From NCBI GenBank assembly GCA_018003035.1, contig JAGNEX010000004.1:651-64650 (forward strand): DNA of 64,000 nt, given 5' to 3'. Position numbers and translations under genes: made by a program. Below the pieces are notes generated by a model, which saw only the letters and a list, made by a program, of their open reading frames with translations, was not told where the DNA came from and ran no database searches. Position 1 is the first letter of the stretch; each line of letters opens with the position of its first letter. Shown one piece after another: positions 1 through 10,101 of the stretch. The stretch comes from Acidimicrobiia bacterium. GTDB taxonomy: Bacteria; Actinomycetota; Acidimicrobiia; IMCC26256; JAGNEX01.

Positions 1-352
1 GCCTGGCGGGCCAGGCTGGGCAGGGACATGCCGCCCCCGGCGGTCAAGGTCAAGTCATCGAACTCGACAGCGACCAGTTCGCCAGCGCAACGCACCACGA
101 CGCCGTCAAACCCTGCGTCGCTCACCAGCAGATTGGACCCATTCCCTACTACCAACACCGGTACCCCGCTCTCTCCGATCGTCTGAGCGATCAGCGGGAT
201 GTCGGCAGCGCGTGACGCAACAACGACGTAGCGGGCGCGGCCTCCGACGCGGTAGGTGGTGTTCGCCCCGAACGCTGCGTCGAACGTGACGCCACCCGGT
301 AAGGCGGCCGCGAGCGTCTCAAAGAGCCGGTCGGTGCGGTCGTCGGTAGCCA
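1..352 (-). CDS. murB: UDP-N-acetylenolpyruvoylglucosamine reductase MurB, N-terminal part (gene runs off window start)
   Basis: Not in ORF track because it is truncated. Hand translation of the minus strand from the ATG at 352: MATDDRTDRLFETLAAALPGGVTFDAAFGANTTYRVGGRARYVVVASRAADIPLIAQTIGESGVPVLVVGNGSNLLVSDAGFDGVVV. This fits the MurB FAD-binding N-terminus pattern (TT-x-[RK]-[VI]-GG ... G-x-GSNLLV-x-D-x-G). It starts 3 nt after the murC stop. Confidence 0.8.
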
Positions 353-355
353 TTG

Positions 356-1774
356 TCAAAGCGTCCCCGGATCGGCAACGCCCGACTCGATTGTGCCGAT
401 ACGCATCCACTCATCTGCAAGGCCCGTGATATCGCCAGCACCCAGCGTCAGTACGAGATCGCCCGGCCGAGCGAGCGCTCGGACAGCATCGAGCAGATGA
501 CGGCGTTCCCAAACATAGGTGACTCGCCCTTGACCGACGGCCGCTGTCGCAGCGTCGGCGACCATGCGGCCAGATATGCCCACGATCGGCTGTTCACCTG
601 CTGCGTACACATCGGTCACAACGATGTGGTCGGCCCCGGCGAGGGCCGGCCCAAAAGCTGCGCCCAGCTCTGCTGTTCGCGAGTAACGGTGTGGCTGGAA
701 GACGGCAACGATGCGACCGGCGTGACGTTCACGAGCCGCTTGAAGAACAGCGGCGACCTCGGTCGGGTGGTGGGCGTAGTCGTCGATGAGTTCGACGCCG
801 TCTACCCGGCCGCGCCGTTCGAAACGACGAGACACGCCACCGAAGCGCGCCAGCGCCTCCAGTGCTGCGGTCAGATCGACCCCGAGACGGTCGGCCATTG
901 CCAGGACGCCCGTCGCATTGAGGGCGTTGTGGATCCCGGGCACTGCCAGGTGAACAGACCAAGAGGCGTCGCCACGGGTGACGTCGAATCGTGATCCGGC
1001 CGGACCGCCACGGTAGTTGCAGAGCTGGTAGTCCGCTGTGGCACTTTGCCCATACGTGACGAAACTCTGGCCGGTCTGCTGAGCGACCTCCAAGAGGTCG
1101 CCGTCGTCCGCGCACAGCACTCGCTCCCCCGACGCTTGTTCGATGAACTGCGCAAAGGCTCGGCGCAAAGCTGCTTCGTCCCCGAAGTAGTCCATGTGTT
1201 CGGGTTCCATGTTGGTGACGAGAACGTGGTCGGAGTCCAAGGCGACGAAGGTGCCGTCGCTCTCATCGGCTTCGACGACCAGCCAACGGGAGGCACCAAA
1301 CGAAGCGTTGGTGCCCACTTCGTTGAGGTCCCCGCCAACGATGAAGGTCGGATCCCAAGAGGCGTTGCGCAGGACCAACGTCATCATCGATGACGTTGTG
1401 GTCTTGCCGTGGGTTCCGCTGATGGCGATCGTGTCGAACTGTGCCGTGATGGCGGCCAACATCGAGGCCCGCGACACGACGGGGATCCCCAACTCGCCGG
1501 CACGTGCTGTTTCCGGGTTTCCCGCTCCAATCGCAGTCGACGCAACGACGTAGTCGACGTCAGGAGCGACGTTGTCTTCAACATGCCCGACAGCGCATAC
1601 GACCCCTTGAGCCGAAAGGCGCTCCATCGGCTTGGACAACTTCAAGTCCGAGCCCGAGACCTCGTGACCCATACCGATCAGGACCGCAGCGATCGCGGAC
1701 ATGCCGACACCGCCGATGCCGACGATGTGGATCCGCGCTGGCGCGTCGAGAGCAACCGGCGTGATCTCAGGCAT
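356..1774 (-). CDS. murC: UDP-N-acetylmuramate--L-alanine ligase
   Basis: 472-aa ORF. N-terminus IHIVGIGGVGMSAIAAVL, P-loop ISGTHGKTTTSSM, Mur ligase middle and C-terminal domains. Sits in the dcw cluster. Confidence 0.95.
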   Translation of the reverse strand: MPEITPVALDAPARIHIVGIGGVGMSAIAAVLIGMGHEVSGSDLKLSKPMERLSAQGVVCAVGHVEDNVAPDVDYVVASTAIGAGNPETARAGELGIPVVSRASMLAAITAQFDTIAISGTHGKTTTSSMMTLVLRNASWDPTFIVGGDLNEVGTNASFGASRWLVVEADESDGTFVALDSDHVLVTNMEPEHMDYFGDEAALRRAFAQFIEQASGERVLCADDGDLLEVAQQTGQSFVTYGQSATADYQLCNYRGGPAGSRFDVTRGDASWSVHLAVPGIHNALNATGVLAMADRLGVDLTAALEALARFGGVSRRFERRGRVDGVELIDDYAHHPTEVAAVLQAARERHAGRIVAVFQPHRYSRTAELGAAFGPALAGADHIVVTDVYAAGEQPIVGISGRMVADAATAAVGQGRVTYVWERRHLLDAVRALARPGDLVLTLGAGDITGLADEWMRIGTIESGVADPGTL

Positions 1775-2849
1775 TGACTTTCTCCAGGGCTATCTGTGCC
1801 AGCCGATCAGCCGCGTCGGGACGGGCCTGTTGGATAGCGCTTAGGTGCATCTTCTTCAGCGATTCGGGGTCAGCTGCGCGGTCCACTGCGTCAGAAACGC
1901 TCTGCGCCGTGCAGTCGTGGTCTGCCAACAAGATCGCGCCCCCATGATCGGAGAGCGCTCGGGCATTCCGAGTTTGGTGGTCGCCGGGGGCGCCGGGGAG
2001 CGGAACCAACACCGACGGAGTGCCCACGACTGCCAGCTCGGCCACGCTTGACGCGCCCGCCCGCCCGATCACGATGTGGGACGTGGCGTACATGTGGGCC
2101 ATGTCGTTCTCGAAGGGCCGCAACTCGTAGCTCAGCTGTCCCTGAGGTAGATCGGCTTGCAGAGCGGCCGCCGCCTTTGACACTTCGTCGAAGTTGCGCG
2201 GCCCACACGCGTGCTTCAGCACCACGTCGCGTTCGTTCCAGAGGGCGAGCAGTCCGAGCCCCGCTTCGTTCAGGGTTTTGGCGCCCAAACTTCCGCCCAC
2301 AATGCTCACATGCAGCTTTCCCTGTGGATTCCACCTTGCGGTCAGCACGTCCTCGCGGACCGGGTTGCCGACAACGATCGCTCCTGGGAGCGGTGTTTCG
2401 GGCCACGAAACCGCGGCCGTCGCGCCGAGCCGTACCGCGATGCGGTTGACCGCGCCGACGACAGCATTCTGTTCGTGGATCATCATCGGGATGCGCATCG
2501 ACTTCGCCGCAAAGATGGTCGGCGCAGACGCGTAACCGCCGAAGCCGACCACGAGGCTGGGAGGCTGACGTTTCAGAATCTTGCGAGCAAGGCGCGTCGC
2601 CTTCAGCGTCGTGCCAGCGTTCTTGGCGTTCTCCCAGTCAAGCCGTCGGGGAAACCCGCGCCCCGGAAGAAGGTCGACGGAAAAGCCCCGTTCGGGGATG
2701 ACCGTCGCTTCCAAACCTCGCTCGGCGCCGATGAAGCGAATCGACTCGGCTAGAACACCTTTGCGCTGCAGCGCCTCGGCGAACGCAAGCGCTGGAAAGA
2801 GATGGCCGCCGGTCCCACCGCCGGTAATGACGAAGCTGGGGGACGTCAT
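1767..2849 (-). CDS. murG: UDP-GlcNAc:lipid I GlcNAc transferase (lipid II synthase)
   Basis: 360-aa ORF with the MurG N-terminal motif VITGGGTGGHLFPALA. 8-nt overlap with the murC start. Confidence 0.95.
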   Translation of the reverse strand: MTSPSFVITGGGTGGHLFPALAFAEALQRKGVLAESIRFIGAERGLEATVIPERGFSVDLLPGRGFPRRLDWENAKNAGTTLKATRLARKILKRQPPSLVVGFGGYASAPTIFAAKSMRIPMMIHEQNAVVGAVNRIAVRLGATAAVSWPETPLPGAIVVGNPVREDVLTARWNPQGKLHVSIVGGSLGAKTLNEAGLGLLALWNERDVVLKHACGPRNFDEVSKAAAALQADLPQGQLSYELRPFENDMAHMYATSHIVIGRAGASSVAELAVVGTPSVLVPLPGAPGDHQTRNARALSDHGGAILLADHDCTAQSVSDAVDRAADPESLKKMHLSAIQQARPDAADRLAQIALEKVNA

Positions 2850-4717
2850 CGCCCTCGCCGCCTTACGTTTGGCGCATCGTCTTGGGGACGGATTGCCTTG
2901 ACCAACTTGGCTTGCCAGGTGCTCAACGGCTTTGGCTGACCCGACGACGGCACCGCGTCAAGTTCCGTCGGACGTCCAGCGCCGCGAGCGCTGGGACGCG
3001 CTGCCTTGACGACAGAACCGCTGGGCGAAGTCCGATTGCGATTGCGATCTACCATTGGCTCCGAGGGCCCGTCGAAGGATCGCCGAAGATCAGCGCTGCC
3101 GCGCGGGGCGGACGAACGACGAACCTGCAAATCACTTGCGGCGCGCCGGGACGACACCCGGGGGTCTCGGATTCGACCCGGGCGTTGGGCAATCGATGGA
3201 CGTTCCCCATCCCGCGTCGTCCGACCACCAGCGCTTGGACGGCGTTCACCCGAGCCGGCCGACGTCGGACGAGGACGACGGCGTTCAGAGGAACTGACAT
3301 CGCGGTGGGCGTCGCCACGGGTCGCGGTTCGCCGCTCCTCTTCAGCTTCCGCATCGACCAGGCTGCGACCAACGCTGCGAACCGCGCCCTTGGAGAGGAC
3401 GACCGCGCCTCCGAGGCTTTCTCGAAGGGACCGGCGCTTCACCTTCGGACGCGGCGGAGCGGCCGGCTCGTGGAGTGGGTTGCCCTCCCCGATCCCTTGA
3501 CCGCGTGCCGCAGGTTGGCGAGCAACGTTGAGGATGATTCCCATGGCCGCAAGGGTCATGAACACGGACGTGCCGCCGTAGCTGATGAACGGAAGCGGCA
3601 CACCGGTGGGCGGACCAACGCCGAGGGTCACGCTCATGTGCACGGCGGCCTGAAAGACGACCACCAGGGTCAGGCCTGCGGCAAGAAGTCCGCCGAATCG
3701 GTCAGAGGCGCGAGCGGCCGTCACGAAACCGAAGACGGCAAGGGCCGAGAGCGTCAGAATCACGCCGAGAGTTCCGATCAGCCCGAGTTGCTCGCCGATG
3801 AACGCAAACATGAAGTCGGACTCGACATTGGGCAAAAAGCTATGTTTCGCCAGCACGTTTCCAGCGCCCACACCGTTGACACCGCCGGATTGAACCGCGA
3901 CGAGGGACTGCAGCGAGTTCCATCCGTCTCCGAGAGGATCACGCGCGGGGTCGAGGAGCACCATGAGACGTTCGCGGCGGTATGGCTCAAAGTAGGCAAG
4001 CGCACCGCCGGAGAGGCCGAGCAACCCGGACACGATGGCCATCTCTTTGAGCCGCACGCCTGCCAGGAACAGGACCGAAAGACCGGCCACAGCGATGATG
4101 ATCGCGGTTGCCAAGTCCTTTTGAAGTACGACGATCGAGGCCAGACCAAGGGATGCCATGAGACCGGGGACCAAGACCGACCGAACGTCTGAGGAATCCC
4201 GGGTGGCTGAACCACCGAGCGCTGCCATGGAAATCACGAGGGCCAACTTGGCGAACTCAGACGGCTGGAAGCTGAACGGTCCCAGTTCGATCCAGCGGGT
4301 TGCACCGAACTTCGTCGAGCCGAGCCCGGGCAGAAACACCGCAAACAAACACACCGCTGCGAGCACGACGAGGGCCACGCGAAAACGGGCGAGCCGGTGG
4401 TAGTCGATGTGCGCGAGCACGTACATGGCGACCAGACCGCTCGCAGCGAAGAGCAGTTGGCGCAGGAACATTGCGTACTCAGACCCGAAGGTGTCAAAGG
4501 ACTTCACCGAGGACGCTGACAAGACAAACAGCAGTCCCGAGATCGTAAGCGCACACACCAGACCGGCCAGGACTACCGCATTGACCGGCCAAGGGGCGGA
4601 CTCGCCGCGTGTCCGCGAACGGAGGGCAGCTACACGGCCCCTCATCGCGAGTCCGGCGTTCCGCACGCGTCCGAGGATCGCGGGCGGCGCGGGCCGCGCT
4701 GAAACGTTGGTACTCAT
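2846..4717 (-). CDS. ftsW: FtsW/RodA/SpoVE-family lipid II flippase/polymerase with about 210-aa Arg/Ser/Pro-rich C-terminal tail
   Basis: 623-aa ORF. Polytopic core with SEDS motifs (FQPSEFAKLALV, LPFISYGGTS). After the last TM (about aa 414) the sequence is basic low-complexity (RRSLRESL...RRRPRPTSAGSGERRPS...). 4-nt overlaps with murD and murG. Confidence 0.9.
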   Translation of the reverse strand: MSTNVSARPAPPAILGRVRNAGLAMRGRVAALRSRTRGESAPWPVNAVVLAGLVCALTISGLLFVLSASSVKSFDTFGSEYAMFLRQLLFAASGLVAMYVLAHIDYHRLARFRVALVVLAAVCLFAVFLPGLGSTKFGATRWIELGPFSFQPSEFAKLALVISMAALGGSATRDSSDVRSVLVPGLMASLGLASIVVLQKDLATAIIIAVAGLSVLFLAGVRLKEMAIVSGLLGLSGGALAYFEPYRRERLMVLLDPARDPLGDGWNSLQSLVAVQSGGVNGVGAGNVLAKHSFLPNVESDFMFAFIGEQLGLIGTLGVILTLSALAVFGFVTAARASDRFGGLLAAGLTLVVVFQAAVHMSVTLGVGPPTGVPLPFISYGGTSVFMTLAAMGIILNVARQPAARGQGIGEGNPLHEPAAPPRPKVKRRSLRESLGGAVVLSKGAVRSVGRSLVDAEAEEERRTATRGDAHRDVSSSERRRPRPTSAGSGERRPSAGGRTTRDGERPSIAQRPGRIRDPRVSSRRAASDLQVRRSSAPRGSADLRRSFDGPSEPMVDRNRNRTSPSGSVVKAARPSARGAGRPTELDAVPSSGQPKPLSTWQAKLVKAIRPQDDAPNVRRRGR

Positions 4718-6150
4718 CGTTCCTCCAATGAGGCAATGCCTGGTTCTGGGCCGCGCGGACTTGGCTGGAGCAGCCAGGTCTGCACGGCGCGTTCAAAATC
4801 GTTTCCACGTTCGGCGTAACTGCGATACCAGTCAAAGGAGGCGCACGCCGGCGAGAGCAAGACGGTGTCGCCCGCCTTGGCTAAAGCGGCCGCAGCCTTC
4901 ACGGCCGCATCCATCGAATCGGCTGCACGGAAGGGTTTTCCGAGCGCCGCAGCAACGGCTTCGACCTCCGGTGATGCCTCACCGATTCCGATGAGAGCTC
5001 GTATTCGGCTGCCTTCGTCTGCCAACACACCGAGGTCGAGACCTTTGTTGCGCCCACCGGCGATCAACACCACCGAGTCAAACGTTGCGATCGCGTTCAC
5101 TGCAGCGTGCGGATTCGTTGCTTTGGAGTCATCTATCCAACGGACCTGGTCGACGTGGGCGACCAGCGCGACCCGGTGAGCGAGCCCGGTAAATGACGCC
5201 GCAGTCTGGGTGATCCCATCGACGGTGCCCCCCATGTGCCAGGCGGCCGTCCCGGCTGCTACCAAGTTGACGCGATCGATCGGGGTTTGACGGGCGATTT
5301 CATCGACCGTCATGACTGGTGTGCCGTCTAGCAGCAGATCTGAGTCCACCCACTCGACACCCGCTGCTGGGCCGCCCACGACATCACCAGCGCGGCGCGA
5401 GAAGCCGAACCGCTGCGCGGGTGACTCCTGGACCATACCGAGTACGACGGAATCTTCTGACGGGTACACGACGAGGTCATCTGGACTCTGTCCCGTCACG
5501 ATGCGGGCTTTCGCTGCTGCGTAGTCGGCGAGATCCGCATGCCAGTCGTAGTGGTCAGCTGCGATGTTGGTGATGACAGCAACTCGTGGTGCCAGTCGGG
5601 CCGTGGTGGCAAGCTGAAACGATGACGCTTCGAGGACGACCGCAGTGTCGGCGGTCGTCTCTGGCGCAGACACCACGTCGATCAGCGCGGTGCCGATGTT
5701 GCCGGCAGGCCGACTGTCGACGCCGGAAGCACGCAGCATCTCGTCGATAAGGGTCGTCACCGTTGTTTTGCCGTTCGTTCCGGTCACGGCGACGAGAGCC
5801 ATCGAGGTTCTGTCGAGGCCGAACCGCTCTTCCCAGACGCGAAGCGCAAATTCGATCTCACCGATCAGTTCGACAGCACGGTCTGTCGCAGCGGCAAAGA
5901 TTGGGTGTTGCGGCGTAACGCCGGGGCTGACGACGACCAGATCGGCTTCGGTCACCAGCGCATGCCAGTCCGTCACCGGTGCAACGAAAGCGACTCCGTC
6001 ATCAAGGCCGCCGGGACGGGGCCGCGCGGAATCATCGGCCAACGTCGCCTGGCGCCCAGTAGTCGAGCCGCAGACTGCGCGAGCGACCGCCAGACCGGTC
6101 ACACCCGCACCGACAATCAGGACTTTGGTGCCGAGCGAACCGTTGTTCAT
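4714..6150 (-). CDS. murD: UDP-N-acetylmuramoylalanine--D-glutamate ligase
   Basis: 478-aa ORF. N-terminal Rossmann VLIVGAGVTG, P-loop VTGTNGKTTV. Position between mraY and ftsW. Confidence 0.95.
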   Translation of the reverse strand: MNNGSLGTKVLIVGAGVTGLAVARAVCGSTTGRQATLADDSARPRPGGLDDGVAFVAPVTDWHALVTEADLVVVSPGVTPQHPIFAAATDRAVELIGEIEFALRVWEERFGLDRTSMALVAVTGTNGKTTVTTLIDEMLRASGVDSRPAGNIGTALIDVVSAPETTADTAVVLEASSFQLATTARLAPRVAVITNIAADHYDWHADLADYAAAKARIVTGQSPDDLVVYPSEDSVVLGMVQESPAQRFGFSRRAGDVVGGPAAGVEWVDSDLLLDGTPVMTVDEIARQTPIDRVNLVAAGTAAWHMGGTVDGITQTAASFTGLAHRVALVAHVDQVRWIDDSKATNPHAAVNAIATFDSVVLIAGGRNKGLDLGVLADEGSRIRALIGIGEASPEVEAVAAALGKPFRAADSMDAAVKAAAALAKAGDTVLLSPACASFDWYRSYAERGNDFERAVQTWLLQPSPRGPEPGIASLEER

Positions 6151-7184
6151 CGCAGAGCTCCGGTGTTCACGAAGTCGGCATAGAACAAGCCGACCCCGGT
6201 TCCGACGCAGATCCCAGCGATGATCCAGAAGCGAACGATGACCGTCGTTTCAGGCCAGCCGGACAGTTCAAAGTGGTGATGGATTGGGGCCATCTTGAAG
6301 ATCCGCTTACCGGTCATCCGGAACGACACGATCTGAAGGACGACCGACATCGTCTCAAGCACGTACAGGCCGCCGAGGACAGGCAGCAGCAGTTGAGTTT
6401 CGGTGACGATTGCCAGGCCCGCCATAGCTCCGCCGAGGGCGAGTGACCCGGTGTCACCCATAAAAATCCGAGCGGGGGCAGCGTTCCACCACAGGAACCC
6501 CGCGCAGGCTCCTACCATCGAGGCGGCGACGATGGCGACGTCGGCGGCGGACTCCGAACTGATGCCATACACATCGGTGTTACCGGCCTGCCAGAAGCTG
6601 ATGAAGGTAAAGGCAGCGAACACCATGGCCGCGGATCCGGTCGCAAGACCGTCGAGTCCGTCGGTGAGGTTCACGGCGTTGGACGAACCAACGATCATGA
6701 TCATGGCCCACACAAAGAACGCGATCTCACCAAGATCGAGGTACGTCTCCCGGGTGAACGACACCGAGGTTGAGGTATCGGTCAGCCAGAGGAGAGAGGC
6801 GCTAAAAAGGGCCGCGACCGCTACGAGGCCGGCGCTTTTACCCTTCTTGTTGAGCCCCATATTGCGCCCGCGTCGGATTGCCAGGGCGTCGTCGGCAAAC
6901 CCGACCAGGCTCATGCCGACGATCAGACCAACCAAGGCCAGACCCGTACTCGAAAATCCGTCGAGGCCGCTACGGATGTGTACGAACAAGTAGGCCAAGA
7001 CGGCACTGACGACGATCGCTACACCACCCATGGTCGGAGTCCCCGCCTTGGTCAGGTGGCCGGCAGGACCGTCTTCTCGGATTGGCTGACCAATCCGACG
7101 GGCCTCCAAGGTCTTGATCAGAAACGACGTTCCCGCCAGGCTCAGACCCATTGCCACAGCGACCGCAATCAGAAGCGAAATCAT
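6147..7184 (-). CDS. mraY: phospho-N-acetylmuramoyl-pentapeptide transferase
   Basis: 345-aa polytopic ORF with MraY motifs GTPTMGG, NAVNLTDGLDGLA, FMGDTGSLALGG, APIHHHFE. Confidence 0.95.
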   Translation of the reverse strand: MISLLIAVAVAMGLSLAGTSFLIKTLEARRIGQPIREDGPAGHLTKAGTPTMGGVAIVVSAVLAYLFVHIRSGLDGFSSTGLALVGLIVGMSLVGFADDALAIRRGRNMGLNKKGKSAGLVAVAALFSASLLWLTDTSTSVSFTRETYLDLGEIAFFVWAMIMIVGSSNAVNLTDGLDGLATGSAAMVFAAFTFISFWQAGNTDVYGISSESAADVAIVAASMVGACAGFLWWNAAPARIFMGDTGSLALGGAMAGLAIVTETQLLLPVLGGLYVLETMSVVLQIVSFRMTGKRIFKMAPIHHHFELSGWPETTVIVRFWIIAGICVGTGVGLFYADFVNTGALR

Positions 7185-8572
7185 GAACTCGCGCCTTCCC
7201 TCAACATGGCGGCAACGGCGCGTTCCAACCCACTGGCGCGACTCGCCTTGACGAGGACCGCATCCCCAGACGCGATCTCGGCGGCGAGTGCTTCACCGGC
7301 ATCGAGTGCCGAGGCAAAGGTCATGACTTCCAGACCCAACGCCCGACCGCGTTCTATGGCTGCAAGAGCCCCATCGCCAACGACGACCAGAAGGTCGACG
7401 CCCGCCGCCCTCGCTTGATCGGCCACGAGGCTATGCACTTGGCTGCTGAGTGCACCCATTTCGGCGATCTCGCCAAGGACCAGGATGCGACGGCCAGCCA
7501 CGGACATATCGGCAAGGGTCTCCAGAGCCGCAGCCACGGATTCCGGATTTGCGTTGTACGCATCATTGATGACGACGGCACCTGAGCGTGAGGTGCTGAT
7601 CTCCATCCGCCACCTGCTCGCCGCTGCCTCAGAAATGCCGTAGAGGACGCCGTCGAGGTCGCGACCCATGCTGAGGCCGGCCGCGATCGCAGCCAATGCA
7701 TTCGACACCTGGTGGCGCCCGACGAGCGGCACGGCCAACCGGCCGGTACCCCAAGGCGACTGGACAACGCACCGGGTGGTCAAGTCTGGCTGCACTTCGA
7801 GGTCGACTGCCCGGACGTCTGCTCCCCGCGCCTCGCCGAAGGTCACAAAGCCAGCGCGGGTTCGCTGACGCCAGCTCGGCAGGTACGGGCTAGCGAACGG
7901 CGCAACGGCGGTGCCTCCTGACGGCAGCGCTTCGAAGAGTTCTCCTTTAGCTTGTGCGATCGTGTCCTGATCGCCGAACTCCCCGATGTGGGCCCTTCCG
8001 ATGTTGGTGATGATCCCCACCGACGGTTCGGCGATGTCTGCAAGGTAGGCAACGTCGCCAACCTTGCGGGCACCCATCTCGGCGACCACAACTTCGACGC
8101 CACGCGGGGCGTTGATCAGCGTTAACGGCAGACCGATCTCATTGTTGAACGACCCTTCGCTGGCTACGACCGAGCCGCCTTCGGCCAGCGCCGCAGCGAG
8201 GAGATCCTTGGTCGAGGTCTTTCCCGCAGAGCCGGTGACACCGATGACGCTGCGCACTTCAGCGCGAGCCAGATGACCCCATCGGCCGAGAACTGCGTCG
8301 GTATCGTCGACCTCGAGCAGCGGGCCGCCACCGACATCTGCGTCTCGCCGCACCACACAGACGGCGGCACCCCGCCGCCACGCTTCGTCGACAAAGTCGT
8401 GACCGTCACGTTCACCTTGGAGCGCGACGAACGCTTGTCCGGGGCGAAGCCGGCGCGTATCGATGTCCGCCCCGTCAACGAGGTGTCGCTCCAAACGGGG
8501 GCCGCTACCGGCCAGGTCGAGTGTGATCGTGCCGCTCAGAGCTTCGGCCAGGAAGTCAAGATCGAACATCAT
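7181..8572 (-). CDS. murF: UDP-MurNAc-tripeptide--D-alanyl-D-alanine ligase
   Basis: 463-aa ORF with P-loop VTGSAGKTSTKD and a Mur ligase fold. Position between murE and mraY. Confidence 0.9.
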   Translation of the reverse strand: MMFDLDFLAEALSGTITLDLAGSGPRLERHLVDGADIDTRRLRPGQAFVALQGERDGHDFVDEAWRRGAAVCVVRRDADVGGGPLLEVDDTDAVLGRWGHLARAEVRSVIGVTGSAGKTSTKDLLAAALAEGGSVVASEGSFNNEIGLPLTLINAPRGVEVVVAEMGARKVGDVAYLADIAEPSVGIITNIGRAHIGEFGDQDTIAQAKGELFEALPSGGTAVAPFASPYLPSWRQRTRAGFVTFGEARGADVRAVDLEVQPDLTTRCVVQSPWGTGRLAVPLVGRHQVSNALAAIAAGLSMGRDLDGVLYGISEAAASRWRMEISTSRSGAVVINDAYNANPESVAAALETLADMSVAGRRILVLGEIAEMGALSSQVHSLVADQARAAGVDLLVVVGDGALAAIERGRALGLEVMTFASALDAGEALAAEIASGDAVLVKASRASGLERAVAAMLREGASS

Positions 8573-10101
8573 GTTGCGATCTCCTCTGCCACCGCCCGAA
8601 CAACGTCTCTGTCGTCGAAGGGAACAACGATCTTGCCGATGATCTGACCGGTCTCGTGGCCCTTACCTGCGACGACGACCATGTCCCCCGCCTGGGCCCG
8701 GAGCAACGCTTCTGCGATCGCACGCCGCCGGTCCGGCTGTACCGTGACATCAGGATGCGCCGAGAGTTCCGTGCTGGTGAGGATGTCGTCGATGATTGCG
8801 CTCGGGTCCTCAGAGCGAGGGTTGTCCGACGTCACGATCACCACGTCGGCATGGGTGGCGACCGCGGTCCCCATGAGCGGTCGCTTGAGCTTGTCGCGAT
8901 CGCCGCCGCAACCGAAGACGCAGATGACCTGACCAACGGGGGTCAGTTCTTGAGCGGAGCTGAGGACGTGGGTAAGGCCGTCGGGCGTGTGGGCGAAGTC
9001 GACGACCACCGTGTATGGGCGGTCGAGCTCGACGGGCTCCATACGGCCGGGCACCCGCGCAGCCCCAGAGATGCCCGAGAAGATGTCGGACCACTCGATA
9101 CCGACCGCACGGGCAAGCCCGATCGCCATCGCAGCGTTGGCCACGTTGAAACTGCCTAACAACGACGTGCTCACGTATCGGGGTTCAGAATCCTCGACCG
9201 CGGTGAACTCTGTTGCTTCTCGAAGCGTAAAGGTCGTTCCAGTCTGGGCGAGTAGGACGTCTTCGATCTTGAGAGTGGCGTCTGGGAGCGTCCCGACCTT
9301 GGTCACAGCCATCGTGTTATCCGCCTGTGCGGCGACTTGCTCCGCCAGCTTCTTACCCCACGGCGAGTCGACGAAGACGACGCCACGACGCGAGTAGCCG
9401 TCGGTAAAGAGCATCGCCTTCGCGGCGAAATAGCTGTCGAGATCACCGTGATAGTCAAGGTGGTCGTGACTTAGGTTGGTAAAGCCGACCGCGGCGAAAG
9501 TCGTCCCTGCGACACGTCCTTGCGCGAGGGCGTGTGAGGACACCTCCATAGCGACGTCGGTGACCCCGTCTTCGGACATGGTCGCCAGCCATGACTGGAG
9601 TTCAGGCGCTTCTGGGGTCGTGAAATCGGCCTTGGACGACACACCGTTGATCGTGATGCCGATGGTCCCGATGGTGCCGCGGCTCCTGCGCCCCGCTTGG
9701 TAGATCGCATCCAACAAATGCACGACGGTGGACTTACCGTTGGTCCCTGTCACGCCGACGACACGCATCGACTGCGAAGGATTGCCGGCAACGGTGGCCG
9801 CAACTGGACCCAGGGCGCGTCGCACGTCGTTGACGATGATCTGAGCAACATCCAGATCGAGTTCCGCATTGGTGAGCACCGCCGTTGCGCCGCGTTGAAC
9901 CGCATCGGCAGCGAACTGAGATCCATCAAAGTTGTCGCCACTGACACAGGCAAAGAGGTCGTCAGCGTGTACTCGACGAGAGTCCATATTCACGCCACGG
10001 ACTCGCGCCGAGGTATCGCCGATGATGCGGACGACGCCCAGCGCGGGCCACCCGCAGCGTTCGACCAGTTCAGCGACGGTGATCGCGTGGGGCGTCATCA
10101 T
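8569..10101 (-). CDS. murE: UDP-MurNAc-L-Ala-D-Glu--2,6-diaminopimelate ligase
   Basis: 510-aa ORF with P-loop VTGTNGKSTV and a C-terminal DNPR motif (VTSDNPRSEDP), typical of meso-DAP-adding MurE. Confidence 0.95.
   Translation of the reverse strand: MMTPHAITVAELVERCGWPALGVVRIIGDTSARVRGVNMDSRRVHADDLFACVSGDNFDGSQFAADAVQRGATAVLTNAELDLDVAQIIVNDVRRALGPVAATVAGNPSQSMRVVGVTGTNGKSTVVHLLDAIYQAGRRSRGTIGTIGITINGVSSKADFTTPEAPELQSWLATMSEDGVTDVAMEVSSHALAQGRVAGTTFAAVGFTNLSHDHLDYHGDLDSYFAAKAMLFTDGYSRRGVVFVDSPWGKKLAEQVAAQADNTMAVTKVGTLPDATLKIEDVLLAQTGTTFTLREATEFTAVEDSEPRYVSTSLLGSFNVANAAMAIGLARAVGIEWSDIFSGISGAARVPGRMEPVELDRPYTVVVDFAHTPDGLTHVLSSAQELTPVGQVICVFGCGGDRDKLKRPLMGTAVATHADVVIVTSDNPRSEDPSAIIDDILTSTELSAHPDVTVQPDRRRAIAEALLRAQAGDMVVVAGKGHETGQIIGKIVVPFDDRDVVRAVAEEIAT

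Noticed and set aside
353-1777. Several 100-210-aa plus-strand ORFs opposite murC (for example 353-994, 1409-1777)
   Set aside because: They are antisense to a gene with unambiguous Mur ligase motifs. These are high-GC frame artefacts. The same applies to the many short overlapping ORFs listed throughout the track.
3169-3179. tRNA T-arm-like string ggattcgaccc
   Set aside because: It lies inside the ftsW coding frame and has no flanking acceptor, D or anticodon stems. I found no tRNA genes anywhere in the window by eye.
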